Positions 16,585 to 26,816 of a stretch of DNA of 64,000 nt are shown piece after piece; positions within the stretch are counted from its first letter, which is position 1, and the number at the start of each line of letters is the position of its first letter. The DNA is from Deltaproteobacteria bacterium (GTDB lineage: Bacteria > Desulfobacterota > Binatia > UBA1149 > CAYXZP01). Below the pieces are notes generated by a model. It did not search any database. It worked only from the letters and a program-made list of their open reading frames with translations, and was not told the origin of the DNA. The translations under genes and the position numbers were made by a program. The DNA is taken from the NCBI GenBank assembly GCA_046583365.1, contig JAYGCL010000027.1, forward strand, positions 13,311-77,310. Direction: 5' to 3'.

Positions 16585-17478
16585 CTATTTAGCCCTCGGG
16601 TGGTGACGGCCATGAACTTCACGCAAACGGCGGTTGGCCACGTGGGTATATATCTGGGTGCTGGAAAGGTCGGCGTGGCCCAGCATCATCTGAACCGAGC
16701 GCAGGTCGGCACCGCCGTCCAGAAGGTCGGTGGCAAAGGAGTGGCGCAGCATGTGGGGGGTGACTGTGGCTATACCGGCTTTCAGCGCGTAGACCCGCAG
16801 CCTCTTCCAGAAAGCCTGGCGGCTGAGGGGCCGCCCGCCGCGGCCTATAAAAAGCGCCGGCGAAGGCCTGCCCTTCTCCAGACGGGGACGGCTACTTGCC
16901 AGGTATGCCCGCAAGGCTGCCAACGCTTGTCTACCTATCGGGACCGCTCTTTCCTTGGAACCCTTGCCTACCACCGTCAGATAGCCCTCGGTCATGTTTA
17001 CCCGCGAGGTCTGCAGGCCCACAAGTTCTGACACCCTCAGACCACAGGCGTAAGCCACCTCAAGCATGGCCCGGTCGCGCAATGATACCGGGTCCTGTTG
17101 TGAGGCGGCCTGCAGGAGGCGCTCTATCTCGCCGCCGCCGAGTTGGTGGGGAATCTTTCGCTGACGCCGCCCAAAACGTATGTCGCGCACCGGGTTGGCA
17201 CCTATGACGCCTTCTTTGACCAGAAACTTGAACAGACCACGCACTGCCGACAGGGCCCTGGCCCGCGAACTCACGGCCAGGCCACGCCGCGTGAGCTTTG
17301 CCAGGAAGGCCACTACGTCGGAGCGTTCAATATCCTCGGCGCCTGCAAGCCCCCGCCTCTCCATGCTGTCGGCAAAAAGACGCAGGTCGTGGGCATACGA
17401 CTCCACGCTGGCCGCCGCCAACCCCCTCTCGGTGGCAACGTGGGCAAGGAAAAGGTCACAGCCCGCATCCAGGTCCAT
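16585..17478 (-). CDS. xerD: Site-specific tyrosine recombinase XerD
   Basis: ERGLA..SVESY, RDRAMLE..YACGLRVSEL, GKGSKER, HMLRHSFAT, LGHADLSSTQIYTHV and the C-terminal HHPRA. Confidence 0.92.
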   Translation of the reverse strand: MDLDAGCDLFLAHVATERGLAAASVESYAHDLRLFADSMERRGLAGAEDIERSDVVAFLAKLTRRGLAVSSRARALSAVRGLFKFLVKEGVIGANPVRDIRFGRRQRKIPHQLGGGEIERLLQAASQQDPVSLRDRAMLEVAYACGLRVSELVGLQTSRVNMTEGYLTVVGKGSKERAVPIGRQALAALRAYLASSRPRLEKGRPSPALFIGRGGRPLSRQAFWKRLRVYALKAGIATVTPHMLRHSFATDLLDGGADLRSVQMMLGHADLSSTQIYTHVANRRLREVHGRHHPRAK

Positions 17479-17521
17479 AGGTGAGGATTTTAGCCGACCG
17501 CAGGTCTCCGCGATACATCCA

Positions 17522-20272
17522 CTAGGACAGAGCCAGCGGGGCCGGGGACGGCCCGGCCTCCCGGTCCTGTTGCGAAATCGACTCCAGGATTGCCTCCTTG
17601 ATGGCCTCCACACGCGCACCGTCGGTGACCTTACGGTCCTGCTGGTCGGTTACGTAGAAGACATCCAGCGCCTGGCTGACGTAGGTGGAAATCTTGGCCC
17701 TGTGTATCTTGAGCCCCAGCTCGGCCAGGGTCGAGGCCAAAGAAAACAAAAGTCCGGGACGGTCGGCTGCATACACATCAATAACGCTACATTCACTGGA
17801 GACTTCGTTATCCACATCCACCCGGATACGGGCACGACGGCGGGCCCCGGCCACCGAACTGGACACGCGGCGCCCCTCCAGAGATGCCGAGACCAGATTT
17901 CCAACGTCGAGTTTGCCGCGCAGGGCCAACTCCCCCGACCGTCTTATCGCGTCCCAGACCTCGGCTGAGAGCGGGTCGGCATCGGCCGTGGCGTGATCAA
18001 CCCGGTAGGTATTTATAACGATCCCCGCCGAGGATGTGACAATCCTGGCACTGGCAATGTTCAAACCATGGGCCGCGAGCACCCCGCTTACGCCGGCAAA
18101 AAGGCCCGGCTGGTCGGGCCCGCAAAAGGTCATCTCGCTGAATCCCTGGTCGGTGAAATGCTCCACCCCCGACCGGAACAGACTGCCGCCCAGGGATTCG
18201 TAAAGCCGCCAGTGGCTTACAACCTCCTCGTCACGGCTGGCCAGGAAATAGGAGTCTGGCATGCTGGCAAGAAAAGCCTCGAGGCGCTCTTTCTCCGCCG
18301 CTGCGCTGGCACCGGCGGCTATACGGACTTTCATGCGCTCCACCTTGCGCTCGAAATCCACGCTCCCGCTCATCTCCCCTTTCTCAAAGACATCGGCGGT
18401 CCTTAAGTAAAACTCCGAGAGCAGGTGTTCCTTCCAGCCGTTCCATATGCCCGGACCCACGGCACTCATGTCGGCAAAGGTGAGGAGGTAGAGGTTCTTG
18501 AGATCCTTAAGACTGCCCACCCGTTTGGCAAAATCGGCAATCAACCCGGGGTCTTCAATGTCGCGGTTCTGGGCCAGACTCGACATCAGAAGATGGTGGC
18601 GGACAAGGAACTCCAAGGCGCAGGTGTCCTCTTCACTGATCTGCAAACGGGCGGCAATGTCGCGCACCATCAAGGCGCCCTTCTCGTCGTGGTCGCCGCC
18701 GTAGCCCTTACCGAGGTCGTGGAACATCATGGACAAAAAAATCAGGTCGGCGTGCGGGCACTCACGCATGATCTGCGTGAGAACGGGGCTCTCCTGGATA
18801 TAGGTCCCACCGCGCAACAACTCCAGTTCCCGCACCCCCACCAGGGAGTGTTCGTCCACCGTATAGACGTGGTAAAAATCGCGTTGGACCATGCAGAACA
18901 AGCGCCCGAACTCCGGGATAAGGCAGCCCAGTACACCCAGGCGGTTCATTTCGGCAAGAGCGCGGTAAACCCCGCTCCTGGCACCGAGGATTTGGAAAAA
19001 AGCCTCTACGGCCGGGTCTGAAGCGGCCGTGACCTCGTCGAGCAGTCCCGCATTGGTGCGTATGGCCTCGCGGGTAGTCGACGACAGGGTGAGGTCGAGG
19101 CGTTGGGCATCACCAAACACACGCAGAAGGTTTACCGCATCACGGTGGAAGATTTTTTCGTCGGCCACCAACTGCCCACCCGCCACGGTCACTCCGGGGC
19201 GCAAGGTACGTGCGCCAAAACGGCTGACCAAGCCCCGGGGCTCGGGAGGCGCGGCCAGTCTCTCAATGGCATCCATACTCGTACGCGCCAGTATGGCGGC
19301 GTGCGAATAGTACTCGCGCATGAACAGGTCCACGGCCTTCTGCTGGCCGGAACCCTGGTAGCCGAAGCGCTCGGCCAGAAGGTCCTGTCTGTCAAAAGAC
19401 AACTTGTCCTGCTTCTGTCGAGTGATGAAGTGCAGCCCGTTGCGCACCCGGTGAATGAATTCGGCCGCCGCGAGCAACTCTTTCAACTCGTTCTCAGACA
19501 TCACCCCGGCGGCCGCGAGGTCCTCGCAGCCGAGTGCCCCCTTGAGAACGCGGGCCGTCCACAACAGGGTGTGAAGGTCACGCAAGCCGCCCATGCCCTC
19601 TTTTACGTCGGGCTCCAGCATGAACACCGACCCGCCCGCCTGGCTTCTGCGTTTGCGGCTCTCGGCCAACTTGGCCTCGACAAAACGGTCGCTGTCACGC
19701 TGGGTCAGTACATCCTGGACGGCCTCGGTAAACTCCGCACCGAGGTCGGGAGTGCCGCACAAGAAACGCCCATCCAGCAAAGTAGTCTTGATGGTAAGGT
19801 CGGTGGACAGGTCCAAACACTCGCGCGAGGTTCTAACCGCCCACCCCACTTGAAGGCCGGCGTCAAAGAGAGTCTGGATCAGAAGTTCGTTTATCGTTTC
19901 GATGTATGGGGTAATCCGGCCGCTATAAAAAACGAGTAAATCGACGTCCGACCACGGGTTCATCTCGCAACGGCCGTAGCCGCCCTGGGCGATGATCGCG
20001 CAACGCTGGTGGGCTCTGGTATAGCGGCGCGTAAAGCGTTCGGTTCCGGAGTCGACTATAAAGCGGACCAGGTTATCAACCGCAGCACTGAAGCGTCGTG
20101 CGCTATCCACCCCGCCGGCACCGGCCCAGTGGTCTTCTTCGAGTTGGCCGCGAACCGCAGTCACGTAGTCGCGGGCTATGGCCGAGAGTTTGCCGGTGCC
20201 AACGCCGGGGGCGGGCAACAGCATGGCCTCGACACCGGGGGCCCTGGTGCCCCTGTCCTTATCACCGTCCAT
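17522..20272 (-). CDS. glnD: [Protein-PII] uridylyltransferase/uridylyl-removing enzyme
   Basis: GGYGR..SDVDLL nucleotidyltransferase, EPDVKEG.GGLRD, YTVDEH, HDLGKG and two ACT domains (DQPGLF, DRPGLL). Confidence 0.96.
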   Translation of the reverse strand: MDGDKDRGTRAPGVEAMLLPAPGVGTGKLSAIARDYVTAVRGQLEEDHWAGAGGVDSARRFSAAVDNLVRFIVDSGTERFTRRYTRAHQRCAIIAQGGYGRCEMNPWSDVDLLVFYSGRITPYIETINELLIQTLFDAGLQVGWAVRTSRECLDLSTDLTIKTTLLDGRFLCGTPDLGAEFTEAVQDVLTQRDSDRFVEAKLAESRKRRSQAGGSVFMLEPDVKEGMGGLRDLHTLLWTARVLKGALGCEDLAAAGVMSENELKELLAAAEFIHRVRNGLHFITRQKQDKLSFDRQDLLAERFGYQGSGQQKAVDLFMREYYSHAAILARTSMDAIERLAAPPEPRGLVSRFGARTLRPGVTVAGGQLVADEKIFHRDAVNLLRVFGDAQRLDLTLSSTTREAIRTNAGLLDEVTAASDPAVEAFFQILGARSGVYRALAEMNRLGVLGCLIPEFGRLFCMVQRDFYHVYTVDEHSLVGVRELELLRGGTYIQESPVLTQIMRECPHADLIFLSMMFHDLGKGYGGDHDEKGALMVRDIAARLQISEEDTCALEFLVRHHLLMSSLAQNRDIEDPGLIADFAKRVGSLKDLKNLYLLTFADMSAVGPGIWNGWKEHLLSEFYLRTADVFEKGEMSGSVDFERKVERMKVRIAAGASAAAEKERLEAFLASMPDSYFLASRDEEVVSHWRLYESLGGSLFRSGVEHFTDQGFSEMTFCGPDQPGLFAGVSGVLAAHGLNIASARIVTSSAGIVINTYRVDHATADADPLSAEVWDAIRRSGELALRGKLDVGNLVSASLEGRRVSSSVAGARRRARIRVDVDNEVSSECSVIDVYAADRPGLLFSLASTLAELGLKIHRAKISTYVSQALDVFYVTDQQDRKVTDGARVEAIKEAILESISQQDREAGPSPAPLALS

Positions 20273-20287
20273 ATACCTGAGTGGATA

Positions 20288-21436
20288 CTAGCGCAGGCTG
20301 GAAGATTCTACTGCCAGGTAACGGTTTATCCCCACATACAGCCCCTCGGCTACAGCCTCGCGGTAGGCCGCGGTGGCCAGGCGGCGGCCTTCCATCTCGT
20401 GGGTCATGAAACCGGTCTCAACCAGCACGGCCGGCATATAAGTGCCATCGAGGACCATAAACGGCCCCTGCTTAACCCCCAGACTGGTCACCGACCGATA
20501 GTGGGCCGACAGGTGGGCGACCAGGGATTTTTGAACAATGGCTGCCAGTCTGGCCGATTCGGCCTCTTTACGTCCCTGCACCATGTCCGAGAGTATGTAG
20601 GAGAGGTCGGCATCGGTGGAAACATCATTGCCCTTTATGAGCATGTCCACACCGTTCTCGAGTTTGGCCAACCGCAAGGTGGCCCGGTTATTTGTGTTCT
20701 GGAGATAGTAGGTCTCGATACCATGAAGCCGACTGTTCTTACTGCCATTGGCATGAATGGACACGAAGAGGTCGGCGTCGCGCTGGTTGGCCATGTCCTT
20801 GCGTGCTTCCAGTGAGATGAAACCGTCGCCCTCCCTGGTCACAAAAACCTCGGCACCATCGCGAGCACGGAGTTTACCGGCAAGACGGCGGGTGATGTCG
20901 AAGGCCGCCGCCTTCTCGGTATAACCCCCATGACCCCTGGTGCCGGGGTCCCGGCCACCGTGGCCGGGGTCAAGGACAATTCGAAAAGGCCTCCTGGGGC
21001 GAGCCGGAGATTCCATGGCCCGCAGGTCAACAACAATGCGGGGCGGCGAGGTGAGTACGAAGACCTTGGCCTTTACGGCAGAGGCAAGGTCCACAACCAC
21101 ACGGGCACGGCCGGGGTCAAACTGGGCCGCCCTTACGCCGACCACCCTGCCGTCTCCGATGCTGGTCCCCAGGTCCCGTCCCGGCTTCACCTTGACCCCG
21201 AACAGGTCGATATAAAAACGGGCCGGGGAGGAGGCCGTGGCAGGCACCGTGGCGTAGCGATAGCGAACCGCTCGCGACACATCGATCACGATACGCGTAT
21301 AATCGCTGCCACTCGCATGACGGATGCGCTCAATGGCACCCACCCCGTCGGCGGCCCCGGCCTCAGTGGCCGGACCCGATAAAACGGCGTACACGAGTAT
21401 CAGCAGGTAGCCGGCAAACTTCCCCCGCCTCAACAC
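20288..21436 (-). CDS. N-acetylmuramoyl-L-alanine amidase (AMIN + Amidase_3, AmiC-like)
   Basis: Signal peptide, AMIN repeats, LDPGHGGRDPG, FVSIHAN, PAVLVETGF. Confidence 0.93.
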   Translation of the reverse strand: MLRRGKFAGYLLILVYAVLSGPATEAGAADGVGAIERIRHASGSDYTRIVIDVSRAVRYRYATVPATASSPARFYIDLFGVKVKPGRDLGTSIGDGRVVGVRAAQFDPGRARVVVDLASAVKAKVFVLTSPPRIVVDLRAMESPARPRRPFRIVLDPGHGGRDPGTRGHGGYTEKAAAFDITRRLAGKLRARDGAEVFVTREGDGFISLEARKDMANQRDADLFVSIHANGSKNSRLHGIETYYLQNTNNRATLRLAKLENGVDMLIKGNDVSTDADLSYILSDMVQGRKEAESARLAAIVQKSLVAHLSAHYRSVTSLGVKQGPFMVLDGTYMPAVLVETGFMTHEMEGRRLATAAYREAVAEGLYVGINRYLAVESSSLR

Positions 21437-21455
21437 AACACCCTCAACCCCAGTA

Positions 21456-24017
21456 TTATTCCTGTCCTCGGGCCCGGCTTACAAGTCTGCCGAGCAAGTT
21501 AAGGGCCTCCAGGGGGCTCAGGGTTTCCACGTCGGTGTTCCTTAGTTCTTCCAGAAGCGGGGAAGTTTTGGGCCGGGGTGCCCTGAAAAGCCCTAATTGC
21601 AGGGCTTTTGACTCATCTGCCACAGCGGGGGCCTGGGCTCCCGGCCCACCCTCACCCTCCAGCAGCGCCAATATTTTACGGGCATTATCTACCACCCGGC
21701 GGGGAATCCCGGCCAAACCGGCTACTTCAATACCGTAGCTGCCCGAAGTGGCGCCGCTTACCACGCGGTAGAGAAAAATGATCTCGCCCTTGTGGCGGCG
21801 TACGGCCACAGAGAAATTCGCCACCCCGTCGTGCTCGGCGGCCAGACCGGCCAGTTCGTGGTAGTGGGTTGCAAAGAGCGTTTTCACCCCGGCATCCAGC
21901 ATTGCCTCGGCCACCGCCCAGGCAATCGAAATACCGTCGAAGGTGGAAGTCCCCCGGCCTATCTCATCGAGCACCACCAGGCTGCGCTCACTCATGTTCT
22001 CCAGGATGTAGGCAGTCTCGGTCATCTCGACCATGAAAGTCGAACGTCCGGCAGCCAGATTGTCGCTGGCCCCGATGCGGGTGAAGATACGATCGGTCAA
22101 CGGTACTTTGGCCGAGGCCGCCGGCACAAAAGAGCCGGCATGGGCCATCAGCGCAATGAGTGCGACCTGGCGCAGGTAGGTGGATTTGCCGGCCATGTTG
22201 GGGCCGGTGATAACCCCCAGGGTCTGGGTGGCGGCGCCGAGGTGGCAGTCGTTGGGGACGAAACGCAGGGGTGTAGCGGCCTCTACCACCGGGTGGCGGC
22301 CGTCGACGATCTCTAATTCATCGCCCAGGTGGATCTCGGGACGAACGTAAGCACACTGGTGGGCGGTCTCGGCCAAACCAGCCAGGGCGTCCAGCTCGGC
22401 CGCGGCCGCGGCGGTTCTGGAAAGTGCCGGCAATTCAGCGACCACGGCCTTGAGCAATCCGTCGAAGAGATGCGCCTCGAGCTTGGCCAACCGTTCTTCG
22501 GCACCGAGTACTTCGGCCTCCCTGCTCTTTAACTCGGCGGTGGCGTAGCGCTCGGAATTGGCCAGCGTCTGTTTGCGTTCGTAGTCGGCCGGGACGCGGC
22601 TTTGTCGGGAACGCCCAACCTCTATGTAGTATCCGAAAACCCGATTGTAACCGATTTTGAGAGTGGAGATCCCCGTGCGCTTCCTCTCTTCGGTCTCAAA
22701 GCGGGCCATCCAACCCTTGCCCTCACGGCTTACGGTGCGCAGACGGTCGACCTCCTCATGGAATCCGTCGCGGATGGTGCCGGCTCTGGCCACCCCGGCC
22801 GGGGGCTCATCGGCAAGGCACTTTGCTATAAGCCCCTGCACCTCCGCCAGGCCGTCCAGACAACCCGCGGTATCGCCCCAGGGCCCCTCCTCGCAGCCCA
22901 GCAACACTTTTATCCGGTCCACCGCCTCTAATGAGCGGGCCAGGCGCCCGAGGTCGGCCGGCACCCCCCTGCCCGCCCCTATACGACCGGCCAGGCGTTC
23001 CAGGTCGCCCACCCGAGTCAGGACATCGCGCAGTTGGTCGCGCAGTTCAAAATTTTCAACAAACGCCTCAACCCGGTCCAGGCGCTGCCCGATTGCCTCC
23101 ACGTCGGCCAGGGGTGCGACCAGCCAGTTGGCCAACAAACGCTTGCCGGCCGCCGTCACCGAGCGGTCCATGACCGAGATCAACGAACCCCGCCGGCCAC
23201 CATCACCGGCCGTGGTGATCTCCAGATTGCGTCGTGTCGCGGGGTCAAGACGCAGGAGCCGACCGGTTTCGTAAAACGCCGGGGCGCGCAGGTGGGCGGT
23301 ACCCTTGCCCTGGGTGTGGTGGAGGTAGTCCATGAGAAGGTTGAGAGCCCGCTGCGCCGCCGGCCTGGACTCAAGCCCATCGCCGCTGCCCCGGCCATCT
23401 CCATTGACCGGCGACAGCGTGACCACGCAGCCCGGCAGGACCTCACCCAGGCTGCGACCCAGACCATCCCCGTCGTCCACGCCAACCACCAGTTCGCTGG
23501 GCGCAACGGCGGCCATCTCCTCTTCTATTTCAGATAGCCGCGCCTGGGCGACCTCGGTCACACAGACCTGGCCGGTCGAGAACTCCGCCCAGGCAAACCC
23601 CACGCAACCGCCGGCCACGGCGGCAGCGGCCAGATAGTTGGGCCTGTCGGCAACCAGGGTTTCCTCATCAATGGTGGTCCCCGGAGTTATCACGCGGGTC
23701 ACCGCCCGCCGGGCCAGTCCACGCTCGGGCATCTCGACCTGCTCGCAAACCGCCACTTTGAGACCACACTCAAGCAGGCGGGCGATGTAACCGTTGGCGG
23801 CGTGGTGGGGCACGCCGCACATGGGGATGGGGTTGTCTTCGTTACGGTTGCGGGTGGTCAGGGCTATATCGAGAAGGCCGGCCGCTTTCTCGGCGTCCTC
23901 GAAAAACATTTCGTAGAAGTCGCCCATACGAAAGAACAAGATGGCGTCTTCGTACTGGGCTTTGATCTCGAGGTACTGCTGCATGACCGGTGTCAGCTTG
24001 TATCCTCTATTAGCCAC
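21456..24017 (-). CDS. mutS: DNA mismatch repair protein MutS
   Basis: TPVMQQY, FRMGDFYEMF, TGPNMAGKSTYLRQ, STFMVEM, DEIGRGTST, FATHYHEL. Confidence 0.98.
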   Translation of the reverse strand: MANRGYKLTPVMQQYLEIKAQYEDAILFFRMGDFYEMFFEDAEKAAGLLDIALTTRNRNEDNPIPMCGVPHHAANGYIARLLECGLKVAVCEQVEMPERGLARRAVTRVITPGTTIDEETLVADRPNYLAAAAVAGGCVGFAWAEFSTGQVCVTEVAQARLSEIEEEMAAVAPSELVVGVDDGDGLGRSLGEVLPGCVVTLSPVNGDGRGSGDGLESRPAAQRALNLLMDYLHHTQGKGTAHLRAPAFYETGRLLRLDPATRRNLEITTAGDGGRRGSLISVMDRSVTAAGKRLLANWLVAPLADVEAIGQRLDRVEAFVENFELRDQLRDVLTRVGDLERLAGRIGAGRGVPADLGRLARSLEAVDRIKVLLGCEEGPWGDTAGCLDGLAEVQGLIAKCLADEPPAGVARAGTIRDGFHEEVDRLRTVSREGKGWMARFETEERKRTGISTLKIGYNRVFGYYIEVGRSRQSRVPADYERKQTLANSERYATAELKSREAEVLGAEERLAKLEAHLFDGLLKAVVAELPALSRTAAAAAELDALAGLAETAHQCAYVRPEIHLGDELEIVDGRHPVVEAATPLRFVPNDCHLGAATQTLGVITGPNMAGKSTYLRQVALIALMAHAGSFVPAASAKVPLTDRIFTRIGASDNLAAGRSTFMVEMTETAYILENMSERSLVVLDEIGRGTSTFDGISIAWAVAEAMLDAGVKTLFATHYHELAGLAAEHDGVANFSVAVRRHKGEIIFLYRVVSGATSGSYGIEVAGLAGIPRRVVDNARKILALLEGEGGPGAQAPAVADESKALQLGLFRAPRPKTSPLLEELRNTDVETLSPLEALNLLGRLVSRARGQE

Positions 24018-24055
24018 CGCCGTGTACTTCTTACTTTTGCCGGGCCGAACGGCGG

Positions 24056-24547
24056 CTATTCTTCGAACAGGGGTAAAAGGCGGTCATAGGTTTCTTCGAT
24101 ATGCTGAGGCAGCACCCGGGTCTCGGCAATAAGAGGCATGAAGTTGGTATCGCCCTCCCAACGCGGGACCACGTGCCAGTGCATGTGCTTGTCCACCCCG
24201 GCCCCCCCGGCGCGGCCAAGGTTCATTCCTATATTGAGCCCATGAGGGGAATAGGCCTTCTCAAGCACACCCACGGCCAAACGCAGTTCATCGAGAACGG
24301 CAGCGGCCAGGCCGGCATCGATACCGGTAAAATCAGCGCCATGCTGCCGCGGTGAGACCATCAGGTTACCGTTGGTATAGGGAAACCGATTCATGATTAT
24401 CGAGGCATGCTCGTTGGTGTGCAGCACCAGGGCCTCGCGCAGGTCGGCGGGGTCCTTGAGCAAAGGCGCGTCGCAGAAAAAACAGTCGGGGTGAGTGCCG
24501 GGCTTTTCGACGTACGAAAGCCGCCAGGGTGCCCACAAAACCTTCAT
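24056..24547 (-). CDS. HIT family protein (Ap4A phosphorylase/hydrolase-like)
   Basis: LWAPWR, NRFPY..G, GMNLGRAGGAG and HMHWHVVPRW.GD. Confidence 0.9.
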   Translation of the reverse strand: MKVLWAPWRLSYVEKPGTHPDCFFCDAPLLKDPADLREALVLHTNEHASIIMNRFPYTNGNLMVSPRQHGADFTGIDAGLAAAVLDELRLAVGVLEKAYSPHGLNIGMNLGRAGGAGVDKHMHWHVVPRWEGDTNFMPLIAETRVLPQHIEETYDRLLPLFEE

Positions 24548-24562
24548 ATAAAATCCGCCGGT

Positions 24563-24880
24563 CTAGGAGGATGAATCGCCGGTCTGCGGCTCGCCGGGGT
24601 GTTCTCCATCAACACGCTGGCGCAACTCCTTGCCGACCTTGAAGAACGGCACCCGCTTGGCGGCCACCAACACAACCTCACCCGTCTTTGGATTGCGGCC
24701 CTCACGTGCCTTGCGATTTTTAACCACGAAACTGCCGAACCCGCGTATCTCGATACGGTCTCCGGCACACAGAGCAGCGGCCATACTGTCGAACACGGAA
24801 TTCACGATGACCTCTGCGTCGCGTCGCGAGTAGGTGGGGTGGGCCTTGACGATTTCGTCAATTAACTCTCGCTTGGTCAT
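24563..24880 (-). CDS. ihfB: Integration host factor beta subunit
   Basis: MTKRELI, RIEIRGFGSF, GRNPKTGE, PFFKVGKELR. Follows rpsA. Confidence 0.93.
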   Translation of the reverse strand: MTKRELIDEIVKAHPTYSRRDAEVIVNSVFDSMAAALCAGDRIEIRGFGSFVVKNRKAREGRNPKTGEVVLVAAKRVPFFKVGKELRQRVDGEHPGEPQTGDSSS

Positions 24881-24891
24881 CCTTGCTCCGG

Positions 24892-26634
24892 TCAGTCTTC
24901 GTCCTGTCCAGACTCTTCAGCCGCTCCCGCCTCTTCCTCTATCACGGGTTCCGTCGTCACTCCTGTACCCTCATCCCCACGGGCCAGTTCCTTGTTTATC
25001 AGGTCGCCCAGTGACGTTCCGGAAGGCTCCTGTCCCCCTTCCAGGTGCTGCTGGGCCTCGGCCTTGTCGTGTGCCTGCAAGAAGGCGCGGATACTGAGCC
25101 CTATCCGCCTTTCACGCCGATCGATCTGAACGACCTCGGCCTCAAGTTCCATGCCGGCCTCAAACTGCTGACGGGGGTCATCGACCCGTTCCACCGAGAG
25201 TTGGGAAACGTGGATCATGCCCTCAACGCCTTCCTCTATCTGCAAGAATACCCCGAAATCGGTAACGTTGGTCACCGTTCCCTTGACGCGGCTTCCCACC
25301 GGGTGGCGGGAATCCATCGACGTCCACGGATCCTCGCTGACCTGCTTGAGCCCGAGGGACAGACGTTCGTTGGAGATGTCGATCTGCAACACCACGACCT
25401 CAACCTCATCGCCTTTGCTGAGGACCTCCGAGGGGTGCTTGACCTTCATCGTCCAGTGCATATCGGAGACATGGATAAGCCCGTCAATACCGTCGGTGAC
25501 ACTTACAAAGGCACCAAAATCGGTAACGCTGGTCACCTTGCCCTTGATATGGCTCCCCACCGGGTAGCGGGAAGGCAGGGTCTCCCAGGGGTTGGGGGTG
25601 GCCTGCTTGAGCCCCAGAGAGATGCGCCGGTTGGCCGGGTCTATGGCCAACACTACCGTCTCCACCTTGTCTCCAACCGAAACTATCTTTGAGGGGTGAG
25701 AGACACGGCTGGTCCACGACATCTCGGAAACGTGAACAAGACCCTCAATACCAGGCTGTATTTCTATAAAGGCCCCATAATCGGCCAGACTTACGACTTT
25801 GCCTTCGACCCGACTACCCGGAAACAGGAGGTCGGTTATGACACTCCAGGGGTCGGGCTCCAGTTGCTTGAGCCCCAGGGAGATACGTTCCTTTTCGGCA
25901 TCGTACTTGAGAACCACGACCTTGATCGTATCGCCCGGAGAAACGACCTTGGAGGGCTGGCTGACACGCCCCCACGACATATCGGTCACATGCAGAAGTC
26001 CGTCGATGCCACCGAGGTCGACAAAAGCACCGTAGTCGGTGACATTTTTTACGATGCCCTCTATGATTACGCCTTCTTCAAGAATCTTGAGAGTTTCGTC
26101 CTTGAGAACCCCTCTCTCTTTTTCTATCAGCACCTTGCGTGACACAACCACGTTTTCCCGCGACCGGTTGTATTTGAGGATAGCGAAGGTGCTGGTCTCG
26201 CCTATATATTTTTCCAAAGCCCGGTCGGGCCGGATGTCGACGTGGGAACCCGGCAGGAAAGCCGTCACACCCAGGTCCACCTTCAAGCCACCCTTTACCC
26301 GGCCGACGACCACCCCTTCGACGCCCTTGCCATCGCGGTAGGCATCCTCAATGCGGCGCCAGACCGAAGACTCACGGGCACGGGAGCGAGACAGCAGAAC
26401 CTGCCCGCTGTCTCCACGGATGGATTCGACGTAGACATCGACCTCGTCGCCTTCGGCGATGTCCAACTCTCCAGAAGCGTTTACGAACTCTTTGCGGGGA
26501 ACCGACCCCTCGGACTTGTAACCGACATCGACGGTTACGACGTCTTTGTCTATTAGAATAACCCGGCCGGTAACGACGTCACCAGGCTTGATGGAGCGCA
26601 GGGATGCCTCGAATATCTCACTAAAGCTCTCCAT
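24892..26634 (-). CDS. rpsA: 30S ribosomal protein S1
   Basis: Six S1 repeats (YGAFVDLGGIDGLLH, FGAFV..IDGLIH) in cmk-rpsA-ihfB context. Confidence 0.97.
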   Translation of the reverse strand: MESFSEIFEASLRSIKPGDVVTGRVILIDKDVVTVDVGYKSEGSVPRKEFVNASGELDIAEGDEVDVYVESIRGDSGQVLLSRSRARESSVWRRIEDAYRDGKGVEGVVVGRVKGGLKVDLGVTAFLPGSHVDIRPDRALEKYIGETSTFAILKYNRSRENVVVSRKVLIEKERGVLKDETLKILEEGVIIEGIVKNVTDYGAFVDLGGIDGLLHVTDMSWGRVSQPSKVVSPGDTIKVVVLKYDAEKERISLGLKQLEPDPWSVITDLLFPGSRVEGKVVSLADYGAFIEIQPGIEGLVHVSEMSWTSRVSHPSKIVSVGDKVETVVLAIDPANRRISLGLKQATPNPWETLPSRYPVGSHIKGKVTSVTDFGAFVSVTDGIDGLIHVSDMHWTMKVKHPSEVLSKGDEVEVVVLQIDISNERLSLGLKQVSEDPWTSMDSRHPVGSRVKGTVTNVTDFGVFLQIEEGVEGMIHVSQLSVERVDDPRQQFEAGMELEAEVVQIDRRERRIGLSIRAFLQAHDKAEAQQHLEGGQEPSGTSLGDLINKELARGDEGTGVTTEPVIEEEAGAAEESGQDED

Positions 26635-26761
26635 TCTCTCCTGGTTTCGAGCGGCTAGCTCGCTTCGCTCCTCCGGTCGGCGTAGGGGAAAGGTCTCATG
26701 TCGGCAAGCCTGAGCCGACGACCAAGTTCAGATGCATATCGTCGGTGCCGGCCAGTTTCAA
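26635..26761 (-). promoter_or_regulatory. rpsA promoter and structured 5' leader
   Basis: TTGAAA(26761-26756)-17 nt-TATGCA(26738-26733). Hairpins GTCGGC-N8-GCCGAC (26700-26719) and CGAGC-N5-GCTCG (26648-26662). Confidence 0.55.
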
Positions 26762-26816
26762 GGAAAACTCGCAACTTTTAACAACTTTCCTTCTTCCTCA
26801 GCGCCTTCACGCCTTA

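Noticed and set aside
16585-17478. Tyrosine recombinase as a mobile-element integrase; ATDLL in place of ATHLL
   Set aside because: Sequence and context (xerD-protease-trpS-scpAB) match housekeeping XerD, and the catalytic R-H-R-H-Y residues are intact.
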